Positions 21,707-31,757 of a DNA stretch of 64,000 nucleotides are shown in pieces. The notes under the pieces are model-generated. The model did not search any database and was not told the origin of the DNA. It saw nothing but the letters and a program-made list of their open reading frames with translations. Origin of the DNA: an uncultured Verrucomicrobiae bacterium (GTDB taxonomy: Bacteria; Verrucomicrobiota; Verrucomicrobiia; Chthoniobacterales; JAATET01); contig CAVRCI010000002.1 in NCBI GenBank assembly GCA_963719495.1, forward strand, positions 128,001-192,000, read 5' to 3'. The position numbers and the translations under genes were made by a program. Numbering within the stretch: the first letter of the stretch is position 1; every line of letters starts with the position of its first letter.

Positions 21707-22141
21707 CTAGGGGTTGACTGCAGCGCCTTGTTCGGTCTTTCTGTGAACGAGTTGGATGAGATCCGCCATAGTTTTTGAATGAAGCGCTTCATGATCTGTG
21801 ATCTTGATATTGAATCTATTCTCGAGTTCGACAACTATCTCGACGTCTGCCATCGAATCAATATCCCAGATAGCTCGAAAATCTGATGAGAAGTCATCTG
21901 TTGGTTCAAGTCCAGTAAGATCTATATCCAGTTGTTCGAAAATGACTTCTCTTACTCCAAGGACGACGTGCTTTGGATAGTTTGTGTCTCGGAAGAATTT
22001 GTTGTAAAATTCGTCGCCCGATCGGTCTGGTCGCGTTTTTAGTAGATTTTGAATTGTTTTTTTTGGCTCGACTTCAAATTTGAAGTAGAGAAACAAAAGA
22101 ACACCACAGGTCACAATTGCAGCTATTGTTGTGAGCATCAA
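21707..22141 (-). CDS. Membrane-anchored acyl carrier protein-like domain protein
   Basis: N-terminal TM; DIDSMADVEIVVELENRFNIKI phosphopantetheine-site motif. Confidence 0.8.
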   Translation of the reverse strand: MMLTTIAAIVTCGVLLFLYFKFEVEPKKTIQNLLKTRPDRSGDEFYNKFFRDTNYPKHVVLGVREVIFEQLDIDLTGLEPTDDFSSDFRAIWDIDSMADVEIVVELENRFNIKITDHEALHSKTMADLIQLVHRKTEQGAAVNP

Positions 22142-22335
22142 TATTTGCTAGTTGGCCTGCGTTAATCGTGAGCTTCGTATTTTATCCGCCGGAGGCTGTA
22201 TGACCGAACGTCAAGCTCAGCCACCCCGAACGGGCGAGCGAATTTGTCTGGTGATCTTCTGGAAGTTGTGGGTCCGCGCAACCCCAAGAGCGAAGCGGCT
22301 AGGGGTTGGCTGCAGCGCCTTGTTCGGCTGTATTG

Positions 22336-22728
22336 CTATCCTGATATCGAATACCAGTAGATGCCGGGTTCAATCTTTTCATATCTTACGCCTTCAGTTT
22401 GTTCGTGATCCAATGGGTCGTAGCCAGCAGGTGGAATGTAAAAACCTTGCTCTTTGCTGACCCACTTGAAAAATAGAATCGTTGTTCCGTAATCTGTAGA
22501 TCGAACAAACTTCGGATCTACTTCACGAATTTCGTTGGGCCAGTCGCTTTCCGGAATGTCATATTGATAACTCTGTTCTTGTTCGAGAGCTTTCAAATTT
22601 AACGAGCGGGTGCTTGTGACGAGTGCTCGGGTATCGATCGAACTGAGCTTGCGCAAAGCTGATGGCTTCGGGCTACACCCAGAGACGATTAGCGCGAATG
22701 CCAGATATGCTGCTATTCGAATTATCAT
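22336..22728 (-). CDS. Lipoprotein
   Basis: Lipobox IVSGC. Confidence 0.75.
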   Translation of the reverse strand: MIIRIAAYLAFALIVSGCSPKPSALRKLSSIDTRALVTSTRSLNLKALEQEQSYQYDIPESDWPNEIREVDPKFVRSTDYGTTILFFKWVSKEQGFYIPPAGYDPLDHEQTEGVRYEKIEPGIYWYSISG

Positions 22729-22892
22729 AAATTGTTGAGCGCGTTAAGCAGTGCATTACAGACGACTCACCAATATATCATCCGCCGGAGGCTGAGCCGA
22801 ACGTCAAGCTCAGCCACCCTGAGCGGGCAATCAATCCAACCCCACGGTGAGCTGCCGGAAGCGGGACCGAGCAACCCCAGCCAGCGAAGCGG

Positions 22893-23558
22893 CTAGGGGT
22901 TGGCTGCAGCGCCTTGTTCGGTCCGCTCGGTCGATCCGAGTCTAGCGCACAGTTGTCGATATACCCATATCGCCGCAATGATTGGAATAATCAATCCGAG
23001 TATTCCCCACGGCTCTTTCGGAACATAGGTAAAACCCTCCTTGGTAGGAATGATGGCTGAAGCTACGTCGGTCATCCACAGCCAAAACACAACGCATGTT
23101 GCAGCGAACGATACGCGACTAAACAACTGATTGGATGGTGGGGTAGTAATCGAAAGAAATTTCAGAATGAGAGAAATGAGAAGAAGGTAGGCGGGATAAG
23201 CGAGCAGACATCCGAAAAGAGACGAGGTTGAGAATGCTATTTCTTCAGGGAGGAACCGTGGAGTAATAGTTGAAAGGCATGATAACGTTAAGAGCGCGCA
23301 GAACACCGATAAAATTCCCGCAATCCATCTTAGGGATGAGATACTGCATCTTTTGATTAGCTTTATGCCATGAACAACCGGAATGATCCCCAAAATGACC
23401 ATCAATGGCGAAGTCGTGAGAATGAATGCGACATTGATCGCTTGGATGTCCGCAACACGGAATTGTTCTATAAGTGGCTGCAGGGCAAGTGCTACCCATA
23501 AAGCCCCGAATATTGTAGATGATCCTCCTATGAGCTTACGACGTTGACTTGTATTCAT
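22893..23558 (-). CDS. Polytopic membrane protein
   Basis: About 6 TM segments. Confidence 0.75.
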   Translation of the reverse strand: MNTSQRRKLIGGSSTIFGALWVALALQPLIEQFRVADIQAINVAFILTTSPLMVILGIIPVVHGIKLIKRCSISSLRWIAGILSVFCALLTLSCLSTITPRFLPEEIAFSTSSLFGCLLAYPAYLLLISLILKFLSITTPPSNQLFSRVSFAATCVVFWLWMTDVASAIIPTKEGFTYVPKEPWGILGLIIPIIAAIWVYRQLCARLGSTERTEQGAAANP

Positions 23559-23685
23559 ATTTTGAGACCGAACGTCAAGCTCAGTCACCCCGAACGGGTG
23601 CTGAGGAAAATGGTGTGATCAACTGCAATTTGACCGTCCGCCAACCCCGAGAGCGAAGCGGCTAGGGGTTGACTGCAGCGCCTTG

Positions 23686-23910
23686 TTAGACCCGCATTGT
23701 ATTATCTATGAAAGTTTCTCCGCCTGCTTGGTTCTGCGGCATCAATACTTCATATTTTGGTCGCTCTCCCTTTTTTTCCAATTGGATGTGAATGTCAGAT
23801 ACCATTTTTTCAATCTTATCTTTTTCCTCTGGAAGCTTTGCGTCCTGCAATAAACGCTGAAAGAACAATAGGGCGTTCTGCTCATCTCCTTTGGTGTATG
23901 CGTATGTCAT
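23686..23910 (-). CDS. Small helical protein coupled to the Ntn hydrolase
   Basis: ATGA overlap; TAA in R''. Confidence 0.7.
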   Translation of the reverse strand: MTYAYTKGDEQNALLFFQRLLQDAKLPEEKDKIEKMVSDIHIQLEKKGERPKYEVLMPQNQAGGETFIDNTMRV

Positions 23911-24728
23911 AGTTTTGAGTTCGTTTCTTGGTCTAGTAGCTTGTAGAGTTCCTTCTGTGCAATCCATTGGAAGCCGCGATAGTTTGTTACGAGTGCGATA
24001 TCAATATCGCCTCCAACAGTCGGCATTCGACCGGAAAATCGCTGGTAATCTGCCGTAGTCCTTATCAAGAAGCGCGCGTAATCGATGGCGTCTTGAAGCG
24101 AAAAGACCGTGTAGTTAGCACCGGTTCCCTGCTGTCCCCATAAAAGACTTACCACTGATCCATCCCCGGACCAAGTGCAGCCGATGGAATCGTATGTTTC
24201 GTGTGTGACCTGTTTTCCAATATGAATCAGTCTCGTTTGTGCGATTGGGTCGCCGTGTGCATCTTTGGAAAAACCGACAAAATGAAAACCAAGTGGTGCC
24301 CAAGTATCTGGAATAAGGTCTAGCGATAAGTTTGATTTGCTGAGTTCCGTGACTAACTGATTGTGAAAATACGTTGAGACTGCCTCCGAAAGTAGCTCAA
24401 ACTCGTCTTCTCCATCGGGAGCAGTCGGCAGAGTTGGATTTAATGCCGTAACGTGGTTGTAGATGCTTCTACCATTGACGTAAGCATTCCCATTGGTGGC
24501 GATTCCAAATTTGGAACTTATTGGAAAAAGTTTTTGGGCATACGGCCAAGTTGAGACGGGAACAGAAAGAGGTGGGGCAGCAACATCCTCAATCAACATA
24601 TCCTCACCGCAAGCCTTACACTGAGCGTTGAGATTCATCTTCTGGTTGATCGGGCTACTTACAGTAGAGAGGCTGTCGGATGCGATAACGATTCCGTCCG
24701 GAACTCTAAGAGATACATTTAATGTCAT
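23907..24728 (-). CDS. Proteasome-beta-like Ntn hydrolase
   Basis: M-T-LNVSL..DGIVIASDS, QKLF, TVGGDIDIALVT; CxxC insert. Confidence 0.75.
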   Translation of the reverse strand: MTLNVSLRVPDGIVIASDSLSTVSSPINQKMNLNAQCKACGEDMLIEDVAAPPLSVPVSTWPYAQKLFPISSKFGIATNGNAYVNGRSIYNHVTALNPTLPTAPDGEDEFELLSEAVSTYFHNQLVTELSKSNLSLDLIPDTWAPLGFHFVGFSKDAHGDPIAQTRLIHIGKQVTHETYDSIGCTWSGDGSVVSLLWGQQGTGANYTVFSLQDAIDYARFLIRTTADYQRFSGRMPTVGGDIDIALVTNYRGFQWIAQKELYKLLDQETNSKL

Positions 24729-24845
24729 AAGTGGGTATTGTATAATTGGTCTAACGTCAAGCTCAGCCACCCTGAGCGGACAATCAAGCCAACCCGGAGG
24801 TGAGCTGCCGATAGCGAGACCGAGCAACCCCAGCCAGCGGAGCGG

Positions 24846-25214
24846 CTAGGGGTTGGCTGCAGCGCCTTGTTGGGTCTTTCCTTCTTCTATAAACTCGGCA
24901 AGTCGTGTCAATAGACGATCATATCGCTCTTCAGTGATGTGACCGAGTGTTCCAGCGAAGCTGTCTGTTGGAAGGACTGCGAGATACCCAAGTCTGATTA
25001 CAGAAGTCTTCTTCAAACCAGTTTCGGGGAAGTCATCGTCGTCAGCCGAAATGATCTCGTCGAAATCAGGGACAGCCTGACGGAGTTGAGTGCTGACTCC
25101 GCAGACAAGAAGGTCGTTGAATGGCGGAACCACGCGTAGAACAACTACGGGCCGATTCTTGATCCGTCCGTCGGATTGTGGCAGGGGTGTAAGCAGAATA
25201 TCTCTTTCTGTCAT
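24846..25214 (-). CDS. PemK/MazF-family toxin
   Basis: PLPQSDGRIKNRPVVVL..TGLKKTSVIR. Confidence 0.88.
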   Translation of the reverse strand: MTERDILLTPLPQSDGRIKNRPVVVLRVVPPFNDLLVCGVSTQLRQAVPDFDEIISADDDDFPETGLKKTSVIRLGYLAVLPTDSFAGTLGHITEERYDRLLTRLAEFIEEGKTQQGAAANP

Positions 25215-25423
25215 GACCGGAGATCAGACAGAAGGTATTCGGGTTCTTCATCACTGTAAGCTTTAGCGAGTGAGGAGATTGCGATTGCCGAGAAGTCAGA
25301 TCTCTCGGATGACTGTTCTCTCAGAACCGTAATAAACAGACTACAGTTGTTTGGAAGCGCATATGGCTCATCCAACAGAATTTGCTGACCGTCGAAGTGG
25401 GCTTTGAGAGTGACATTCGGCAT
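25211..25423 (-). CDS. Putative antitoxin
   Basis: LKAHFDG..ILLDEP..LAKAYSDEEPEY; ATGA overlap. Confidence 0.82.
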   Translation of the reverse strand: MPNVTLKAHFDGQQILLDEPYALPNNCSLFITVLREQSSERSDFSAIAISSLAKAYSDEEPEYLLSDLRS

Positions 25424-25602
25424 GCGATATTTCTACCGGATTTTCGAATATCGTGCAAGAAATCGTTCATGGACCCAACGTCAAGCTCAGCCACCCTGAG
25501 CGGGGCAACGAACGTCTAGGCAAGGTGTTTGCTGGAAGGGGGATCGGTCGGCCAAGGCTTGCCTCAGGCCGGCTAGGGGTTGGCTGCAGCGCCTTGTTCG
25601 TC

Positions 25603-25938
25603 GGAAACGGTGACTGCACAATGGAGGACCTGAGCGTCCGACAGGCTGACGATGATCAAATCCAGCAAGCGGCTTCGTTAGAGCATTCAGTCGAAGAGGC
25701 CTCTGTGGTCCAGATTGACGACGCATTATAACTATATTGCTCGTGACACGAGAAGGGCGGAACGGATTCTGGATTGGTCTACTCTTGCCGCGTGAGCGCC
25801 CCAAGCGTGCATGGCAGGCGAAAAACCCTTGGCGTCGAATCGGGAGTGATCAATGGAAAGCCAGAATCGTGCTCAATCGTATGCCGAAGGGAATCGAGCA
25901 ACTCTAAACTTTCCCTTGATTTTAACCCCAATAAATCA
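25603..25938 (-). repeat. Family A copy (336 bp)
   Basis: Tandem pair with the next cassette. Confidence 0.9.
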
Positions 25939-26067
25939 GGCGAACGTCAAGCTCAGCCACCCTGAGCGGGGCAACGAACGTCTAGGCAAGGTGTTTGCCG
26001 GAAGGGGATCGGTCGGCCAAGGCTTGCCTTTGGTCGGCTAGGGGTTGGCTGCAGCGCCTTGTTCGTC

Positions 26068-26403
26068 GGAAACGGTGACTGCACAATGGAGGACCAGAGC
26101 GTCCGACAGGCTGAGGATGATCAAATCCAGCAAACGGCTTCGTTAGAGCATTCAGTAGAAAATGCTTCTGTGGTCCAGATTGACTCCGCATTATAAATAT
26201 ATTGTTCGTGACAAGAGCAGTGCGGAACGGATTCTGGATGGATCTACTCATGCCGCGTGAGCGCCCCAAGCGTGCATGGCAGGCGAATAGCCGTTGGCGT
26301 CGAATCGAGAGTGATCAATGGAAAATTAGAATCGTGCTCAATCGTATGCCGAAGGGAATCGAGCAACTCTGAACCTTCCCTTGATCTCCACTACAATAAA
26401 TCA
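26068..26403 (-). repeat. Family A copy (336 bp)
   Basis: One of 13 copies. Confidence 0.9.
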
Positions 26404-26475
26404 GGCGAACGTCAAGCTCAGCCACCCCGAACGGGGGACCGAACTCTCAGGTTGGTGTGATGGAATGGACGGAAG

Positions 26476-27084
26476 TCAGAGCAACAGTGCCGGGTAGCGG
26501 CTAGGGGTTGGCTGCAGCGCCTTGTTGGATCGCATTTCTCTGTTTTTCGACAATCTTAAAAGTGCACAGATACTCCCGACGAAGATGAGAGTCAGAACAG
26601 TAGGTTCAGGTATGGCGGCAATGGCCTGGGGATTCTCCGTAAAGAAGGGATCCGTGTCAAAATAGATGACCGGAATCTCATCATCTCGCATGTCAAAAGA
26701 GTTGTTGGGAACGAGATTCGCATCCAAGCGGCGTTCCCATTTGATTGCTAGATCGCGGCCTGGACGATTTAGAAGAAATACCAATACACTCCCTTCTGAG
26801 ATTGAAATCGAATCAGTTGTAGCGAAGAGGCTTGTTGAATGAGTTCGAACTTCGTGATTCGTAAAGGATGAATCAAAATTTAGTGTATCACTCCCGTCAG
26901 TCGAGGTGATGGACCATCCGGTTATGTTGGTATCTGTGATCGCACCCAATGTTCCATCAGTCGAAATGAAGCCTGAAGTGAAAAATCCATTCTGGGTTCC
27001 GAAATCGGATAATTGATAAGTTAGAGCAGAAGCACTATGGGCAAGAGCGAGTGCGGAGATAAGAAATGTGAGTGAGGTTTTCAT
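26476..27084 (-). CDS. PEP-CTERM sorting-domain protein
   Basis: Signal peptide; AIPEPT + TM + basic tail; reads into attC. Confidence 0.8.
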   Translation of the reverse strand: MKTSLTFLISALALAHSASALTYQLSDFGTQNGFFTSGFISTDGTLGAITDTNITGWSITSTDGSDTLNFDSSFTNHEVRTHSTSLFATTDSISISEGSVLVFLLNRPGRDLAIKWERRLDANLVPNNSFDMRDDEIPVIYFDTDPFFTENPQAIAAIPEPTVLTLIFVGSICALLRLSKNREMRSNKALQPTPSRYPALLL

Positions 27085-27217
27085 AAATAGATCCAACGCC
27101 AAGCTCAGCCACCCCGAACCGGGGACCAAACTCTGAGCTTGATGTGATGGAATTGACGGAAATCAGAACAAGAGCGCCAGGTGACGGCTAGGGGTTGGCT
27201 GCAGCGCCCTGGTCGTC

Positions 27218-27596
27218 GGGACGGCTCGTAGAGACAACGGTGCGCCGTAGCATCCGACAGGGGCTGAACCGTGGAAGTCAGGACCAACGCGACCATAGCG
27301 ACCGAGGCTCGAGCCAGACTGGTCGCGGCAATATCTTCTCGTGATGGTGAAAAGGTAGCCGAAGCGAATCAATCAACGAAGTCACTGAAACGGAAGCTCG
27401 ACCCGGCTCTGCGGCTGGAGCGGCGAGACACGGAACGGCGGAGGGAGATCGGAGAGGTGGAAGAGGGCGGCTGTGACGAGGAGAGTCGGCGGATGGAAGG
27501 GGAAAAGGGCATCCAGTCGAAGCTGCTCGGCTCAGTCGCCCGCCCGAATCTAAAGCCGACGTCCCTGATCCGAACTCAATCATTATTTTTGTAATA
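27218..27596 (-). repeat. Family B copy (diverged); 101-codon ORF 27278-27583
   Basis: Matches the other B copies. Confidence 0.85.
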
Positions 27597-27755
27597 GGCG
27601 ACCGTCAAGCTCTGCCACCCTGAACGGATGTGCGAACCACTGATAATGATCTGCTGAAGGTGACGCTTCCGAGCGTCTGAAACGGAGTGCGGCTAGGGGT
27701 TGGCTGCAGCGCCTTGTTAGGGCCTTCAGAGCGTTGATGAGTATGGTTGTTTTTC

Positions 27756-27998
27756 CTACTCCAAAAACTCGATTCCGAAAGTTTCTTCGATCGAACCTCG
27801 GTAATTCGATGCAGCTACGCCGTCAATTTTCAGGACTGAGCCGTCAGAAAATCCCAATTCCAATCTGGAGTAGTCGACGATCTCGTTGTTTATCTCATTT
27901 CCATCAGGCTCGCCCTCGCTGAAAATATCTTCCTTGTATTTTGCCCAGACCAACGCCTGGAGTAAATATGTGCGGCCTTCGTGTAGTATGGTTTTCAT
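27756..27998 (-). CDS. Small acidic hypothetical protein
   Basis: Main ORF of the cassette. Confidence 0.6.
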   Translation of the reverse strand: MKTILHEGRTYLLQALVWAKYKEDIFSEGEPDGNEINNEIVDYSRLELGFSDGSVLKIDGVAASNYRGSIEETFGIEFLE

Positions 27999-28188
27999 AT
28001 AATTTGATTTGCGTCGTTCCTAGATTTTAGATGAATAGATGAGAAACCAATTTTCATGCCCTAACGTCAAGCTCAGCCACCCTGAACGGGCGACCGCAGA
28101 CAACTGGTGATCAACTGCCGGTAGTGGGTGGCGCAACCCCAGGAGCGAAGCGGATAGGGGTTGGCTGCAGCGCCTTGTTCGGCTGTAT

Positions 28189-28746
28189 TTAATATTTCTT
28201 CTGAATATATACAAGCCTTTCGGCCATGCATTTGAAGCAGTGAAAGAGCACCTGTTCAGGTATAAGTTCGAAATCAACTTTTGGATCTGCTGTGTTTGTT
28301 CTGGTGTCCACCGAGTTGGCCAATGAATCACGATACATTCGCGTTATCGACTTAAAACTTGGGTTTTCGGACGATACAGCATTGCTTGAAAAATCTTCCG
28401 CAATAAATCCGACCGCCTCTGCTAGAATTGTAGGGCAGATATCTTTGATGTCGGAAAGAGCAACTTTCGGATCGGAGGTTGGTTCCACGAGAGCGTGACC
28501 AGCAATCTGGTAACATGAGATACGAAGAGTCTTCTCTTGATCTTCTGATTTCGCTGTTGGCGAATATGCACAGTATCCAAAGCTCATAGCGATAGTCCGG
28601 ACTTTTAATAGACCGATTCCAGAAACTGGAAATGGCGATACATGGTTTCGATAGACCCTCTCTATTTCGGATGCGAATCCTGGTGCCCACCGAAATAGGT
28701 CTTCAATGGGATCTTGTTTGCTAAAAATGAGTTTGAGTAATGACAT
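28189..28746 (-). CDS. Cassette hypothetical protein
   Basis: Fills the cassette. Confidence 0.75.
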   Translation of the reverse strand: MSLLKLIFSKQDPIEDLFRWAPGFASEIERVYRNHVSPFPVSGIGLLKVRTIAMSFGYCAYSPTAKSEDQEKTLRISCYQIAGHALVEPTSDPKVALSDIKDICPTILAEAVGFIAEDFSSNAVSSENPSFKSITRMYRDSLANSVDTRTNTADPKVDFELIPEQVLFHCFKCMAERLVYIQKKY

Positions 28747-28908
28747 GATGATTTATGAATTTATTTCTAAGCCGAACGTCAAGCTCAGCCACCCTGAGCG
28801 GGTAACCGAGCCAACCCTGAGGTGAGCTGCCAATAGCGGGACCGAGCAACCCCAGCCAGCGAAGCGGCTAGGGGTTGGCTGCAGCGCCTTGTTGGACTCG
28901 CATTCGCT

Positions 28909-29538
28909 TTACACGAAGCGTTCGAGTCCGTCCCAATCTGATTTCAATGGCATTCTCTTACGAGGATCATGCAGACCTACTTCTTCCAGCAAATGGCTGC
29001 ATCTTCCGTAGTTGCAGGGCGCACATGTTATGACCATGTTTTGAAGGTCGTTGCATCCACCGCGGGCGTGGGGTAGCAGGTGGTCATACTGAACCCACAT
29101 TGCCTGAAATGCTGCATGTTGGCTTTGATTCGTGGATCCCCAACCTACTGATTCTGGATACTTAGATGCGATTTTGTGGCGGATGTCTTTCCGAATGATT
29201 GGAATGGAACAAAACCGACAATGGTAACCGTCGCGATCGAGAAGTGCCTGTTTCTCGGCAGTGGTGGGCATCCGGACAGGAATTCGATCTTCCTTGGCTA
29301 GTGAAATTGGAGCGTTCTCGATAGACCGAAGTCGAATATATGGGCTGTTGGTGCCCCATAGTGATTCGGTCCAATCTCGGATTGTAGGCATGTCAGCGAG
29401 CTTGAAATAGTAGTTCGCTTTTTCTCTATCGTTGTTCAAATGTGATGCAACTGCTGACTGCAAATAGTCTGCTGCTTCATATATTTCTGGTATTGGGTCG
29501 CGTAGGCACCAGCGGTTTTCGGAAAAGGGAGTGGTCAT
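28909..29538 (-). CDS. HNH endonuclease
   Basis: RDGYHCRFC..DHLLPHARGG..NMVITCAPCN. Confidence 0.9.
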   Translation of the reverse strand: MTTPFSENRWCLRDPIPEIYEAADYLQSAVASHLNNDREKANYYFKLADMPTIRDWTESLWGTNSPYIRLRSIENAPISLAKEDRIPVRMPTTAEKQALLDRDGYHCRFCSIPIIRKDIRHKIASKYPESVGWGSTNQSQHAAFQAMWVQYDHLLPHARGGCNDLQNMVITCAPCNYGRCSHLLEEVGLHDPRKRMPLKSDWDGLERFV

Positions 29539-29659
29539 AGTGATTTGTATTTATTGTATAGGAGTCCAACGTCAAGCTCAGCCACCCCGAACGGGCGACC
29601 GAATACTACTGATGATCAACTGCCTGTTGCGGGTCCGCGCAACCCCAGCCGCGCAGCGG

Positions 29660-30136
29660 CTAGGGGTTGGCTGCAGCGCCTTGTTCGGCTGTATTTGCTA
29701 TCGAATAGAGAAAGCGTTCGCGAAATGCGAAATGATTGTCGACGATAGATGACAGCAACAATTGACTTGATCCCCCCGATGGTTCTGCGAAGTCACCATC
29801 CCAGCAACTATAAAGCTCGATTGAATCTGCTGTCTGAAGTAGTCCGATAAGAATGCATTCAAGTTGAATGTGGTTTGGCTGCTTGTCCCCGTCGGAATAC
29901 TCTTCGGAATCTGACATGCTTTCTTCGGGCCATTCACCGTTCTGGAAGGTGACATGACGGAAGCCGCAACCACAACCCTGATCTGAACCAATGTATCCTA
30001 TATGCTGTTTGGAGAAATGGCCCTGAATAGGTAACTCGTATTCTGACAGATTTTGCGAATAGACGCGCTTGTCGTCCTCGTTCCATGGGATGAGCGGGAT
30101 GGGATTGTCAGCACCAATAAAGAGAGAAAAACACAT
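29660..30136 (-). CDS. Cassette hypothetical protein (MC start, GCGCGF motif)
   Basis: Fills the cassette. Confidence 0.78.
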   Translation of the reverse strand: MCFSLFIGADNPIPLIPWNEDDKRVYSQNLSEYELPIQGHFSKQHIGYIGSDQGCGCGFRHVTFQNGEWPEESMSDSEEYSDGDKQPNHIQLECILIGLLQTADSIELYSCWDGDFAEPSGGSSQLLLSSIVDNHFAFRERFLYSIANTAEQGAAANP

Positions 30137-30272
30137 GACTATGAATCGCAGTAAACACTCCTAACAACTTTATGAAGCCGAACGTCAAGCTCAGCCACCC
30201 TGAACGGGTAAGCGAATTTGTCTGGTGATCTTCTGGAAGTTGACGGTCCGCGCAACCCCAAGAGCGAAGCGG

Positions 30273-31043
30273 CTAGGGGTTGGCTGCAGCGCCTTGTTCG
30301 GCATATTTAATTCTGTGACGGATGCCTACATAAAACAGAACTCCAAGACCTAGGAGAAGAGCTGATGAAGAAGGTTCTGGAACTGCTACCGCATCTAGCC
30401 GGACATCATCAAAGTTCACTTCAATCCCACTTCCATTCAGGTTCACCAAGCGAATGCGGAGATTCTCGCCTGAATTAAGATGAGATAGTCCCGTTGTAAA
30501 AGAGACCGTAGATGTGGCGTATGCCCCCTCTGAAATCGATAAGCCGTTATTGTCTGATGCCAGAACTGAGCCTCCTGCCATCAGATCAATACGATAACCG
30601 GGGAAGCCTGTAAAATTAAATGAACTGTGCGGCGGATTAGGATCATTGGCGATATTACCTACCTCGACGGTCAAAGTGTATTCGTTGTTTAATTGGAGGG
30701 TGTCACTCAAAGTTTGCTGTAACCCACCTTCTCCGGCTGTTCCCAACAAGAATACCACACCAATATTAGCGCCATCAGGAACCATCCCGCCCACATAAAG
30801 CGTCGTCATGGCAGGATTGAGCACGCCAAACTGTCTATTGGAAGCGGTCGGCCCGTAGATGTTCCAACCCGATGGACCTGACGAATCGCTTGTGATAAAT
30901 GTGCCTACAGATGTCACGGGGTCTTCAAAGCTATGATTGGAGATCAGGAGCGGGGCTGAGTATCCAGTGGATATGAAGACCAGGGTCAGTGATACTAAAG
31001 AAACAAATAATATATTTGAATGTTGTTTCGTGATATGTTTGAT
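30273..31043 (-). CDS. PEP-CTERM sorting-domain protein (no ATG in cassette)
   Basis: NHSFE..FDDVRL-DAVAVPEPSS + TM + RHR; in-frame ATC at 31043 or GTG in the upstream attC. Confidence 0.8.
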   Translation of the reverse strand: MKHITKQHSNILFVSLVSLTLVFISTGYSAPLLISNHSFEDPVTSVGTFITSDSSGPSGWNIYGPTASNRQFGVLNPAMTTLYVGGMVPDGANIGVVFLLGTAGEGGLQQTLSDTLQLNNEYTLTVEVGNIANDPNPPHSSFNFTGFPGYRIDLMAGGSVLASDNNGLSISEGAYATSTVSFTTGLSHLNSGENLRIRLVNLNGSGIEVNFDDVRLDAVAVPEPSSSALLLGLGVLFYVGIRHRIKYAEQGAAANP

Positions 31044-31181
31044 GTTGTTTTTTTGCCGAACGTCAAGCTCAGCCACCCCGAACGGGCGACCGAGCTGCGC
31101 AACGCAGTTGCGCCAAGTGGCGTATACGAGTTTGGTGTGACAGCCAGAGGCTAGGGGTTGGCTGCAGCGCCTTGTTAGACC

Positions 31182-31652
31182 TCATTTGTATTTGATTACA
31201 TAAAAGCGAGAATTTCGGCGATTGATGTTCTGCGTCATTCCTGAGCTTGTGGTCGTCGACGTTCCGTACGCACGAGCATATCCCGGCGATCCATATGCGG
31301 TTGCTTGGCCTGATGTGAACGCACTTCCTGAGGAGTAGGTGCCTACAAATTGGCTTTCATCAAACTTGAATAGAATCGCATCTCCTCCATTTTTCTCGGC
31401 GAGTGACGTGATCTGGCCTTTTCGCGTTGCCATCGGGATCGGGCCGCCTGGACGGTTATCGGTGATGACTCCGATTATGGTGAATGGTCTCGGTGGAGTT
31501 CCTTCGATCCAAATATCAATATCGTTGACCGTCTCCGAGGCGCCACCTGTTCCCTGAAAGGTTTCGCTGCCGGAGTAATTATAATACTTGGTTGCGCAAC
31601 CGCCCAAAAGAAAAGCTGCGACAAGGACTAAAGATATTCGAATCGAGAGCAT
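31182..31652 (-). CDS. Lipoprotein
   Basis: Lipobox LLGGC; GGDAI motif. Confidence 0.8.
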   Translation of the reverse strand: MLSIRISLVLVAAFLLGGCATKYYNYSGSETFQGTGGASETVNDIDIWIEGTPPRPFTIIGVITDNRPGGPIPMATRKGQITSLAEKNGGDAILFKFDESQFVGTYSSGSAFTSGQATAYGSPGYARAYGTSTTTSSGMTQNINRRNSRFYVIKYK

Positions 31653-31757
31653 AAATTATTGGTCTAACGTCAAGCTCAGCCACCCCGAACGGGCAACCGA
31701 ATTTGTCTGGTGATCTTCTGGAAGTTGACGGTCCGCGCAACCCCAGCAGCGAAGCGG

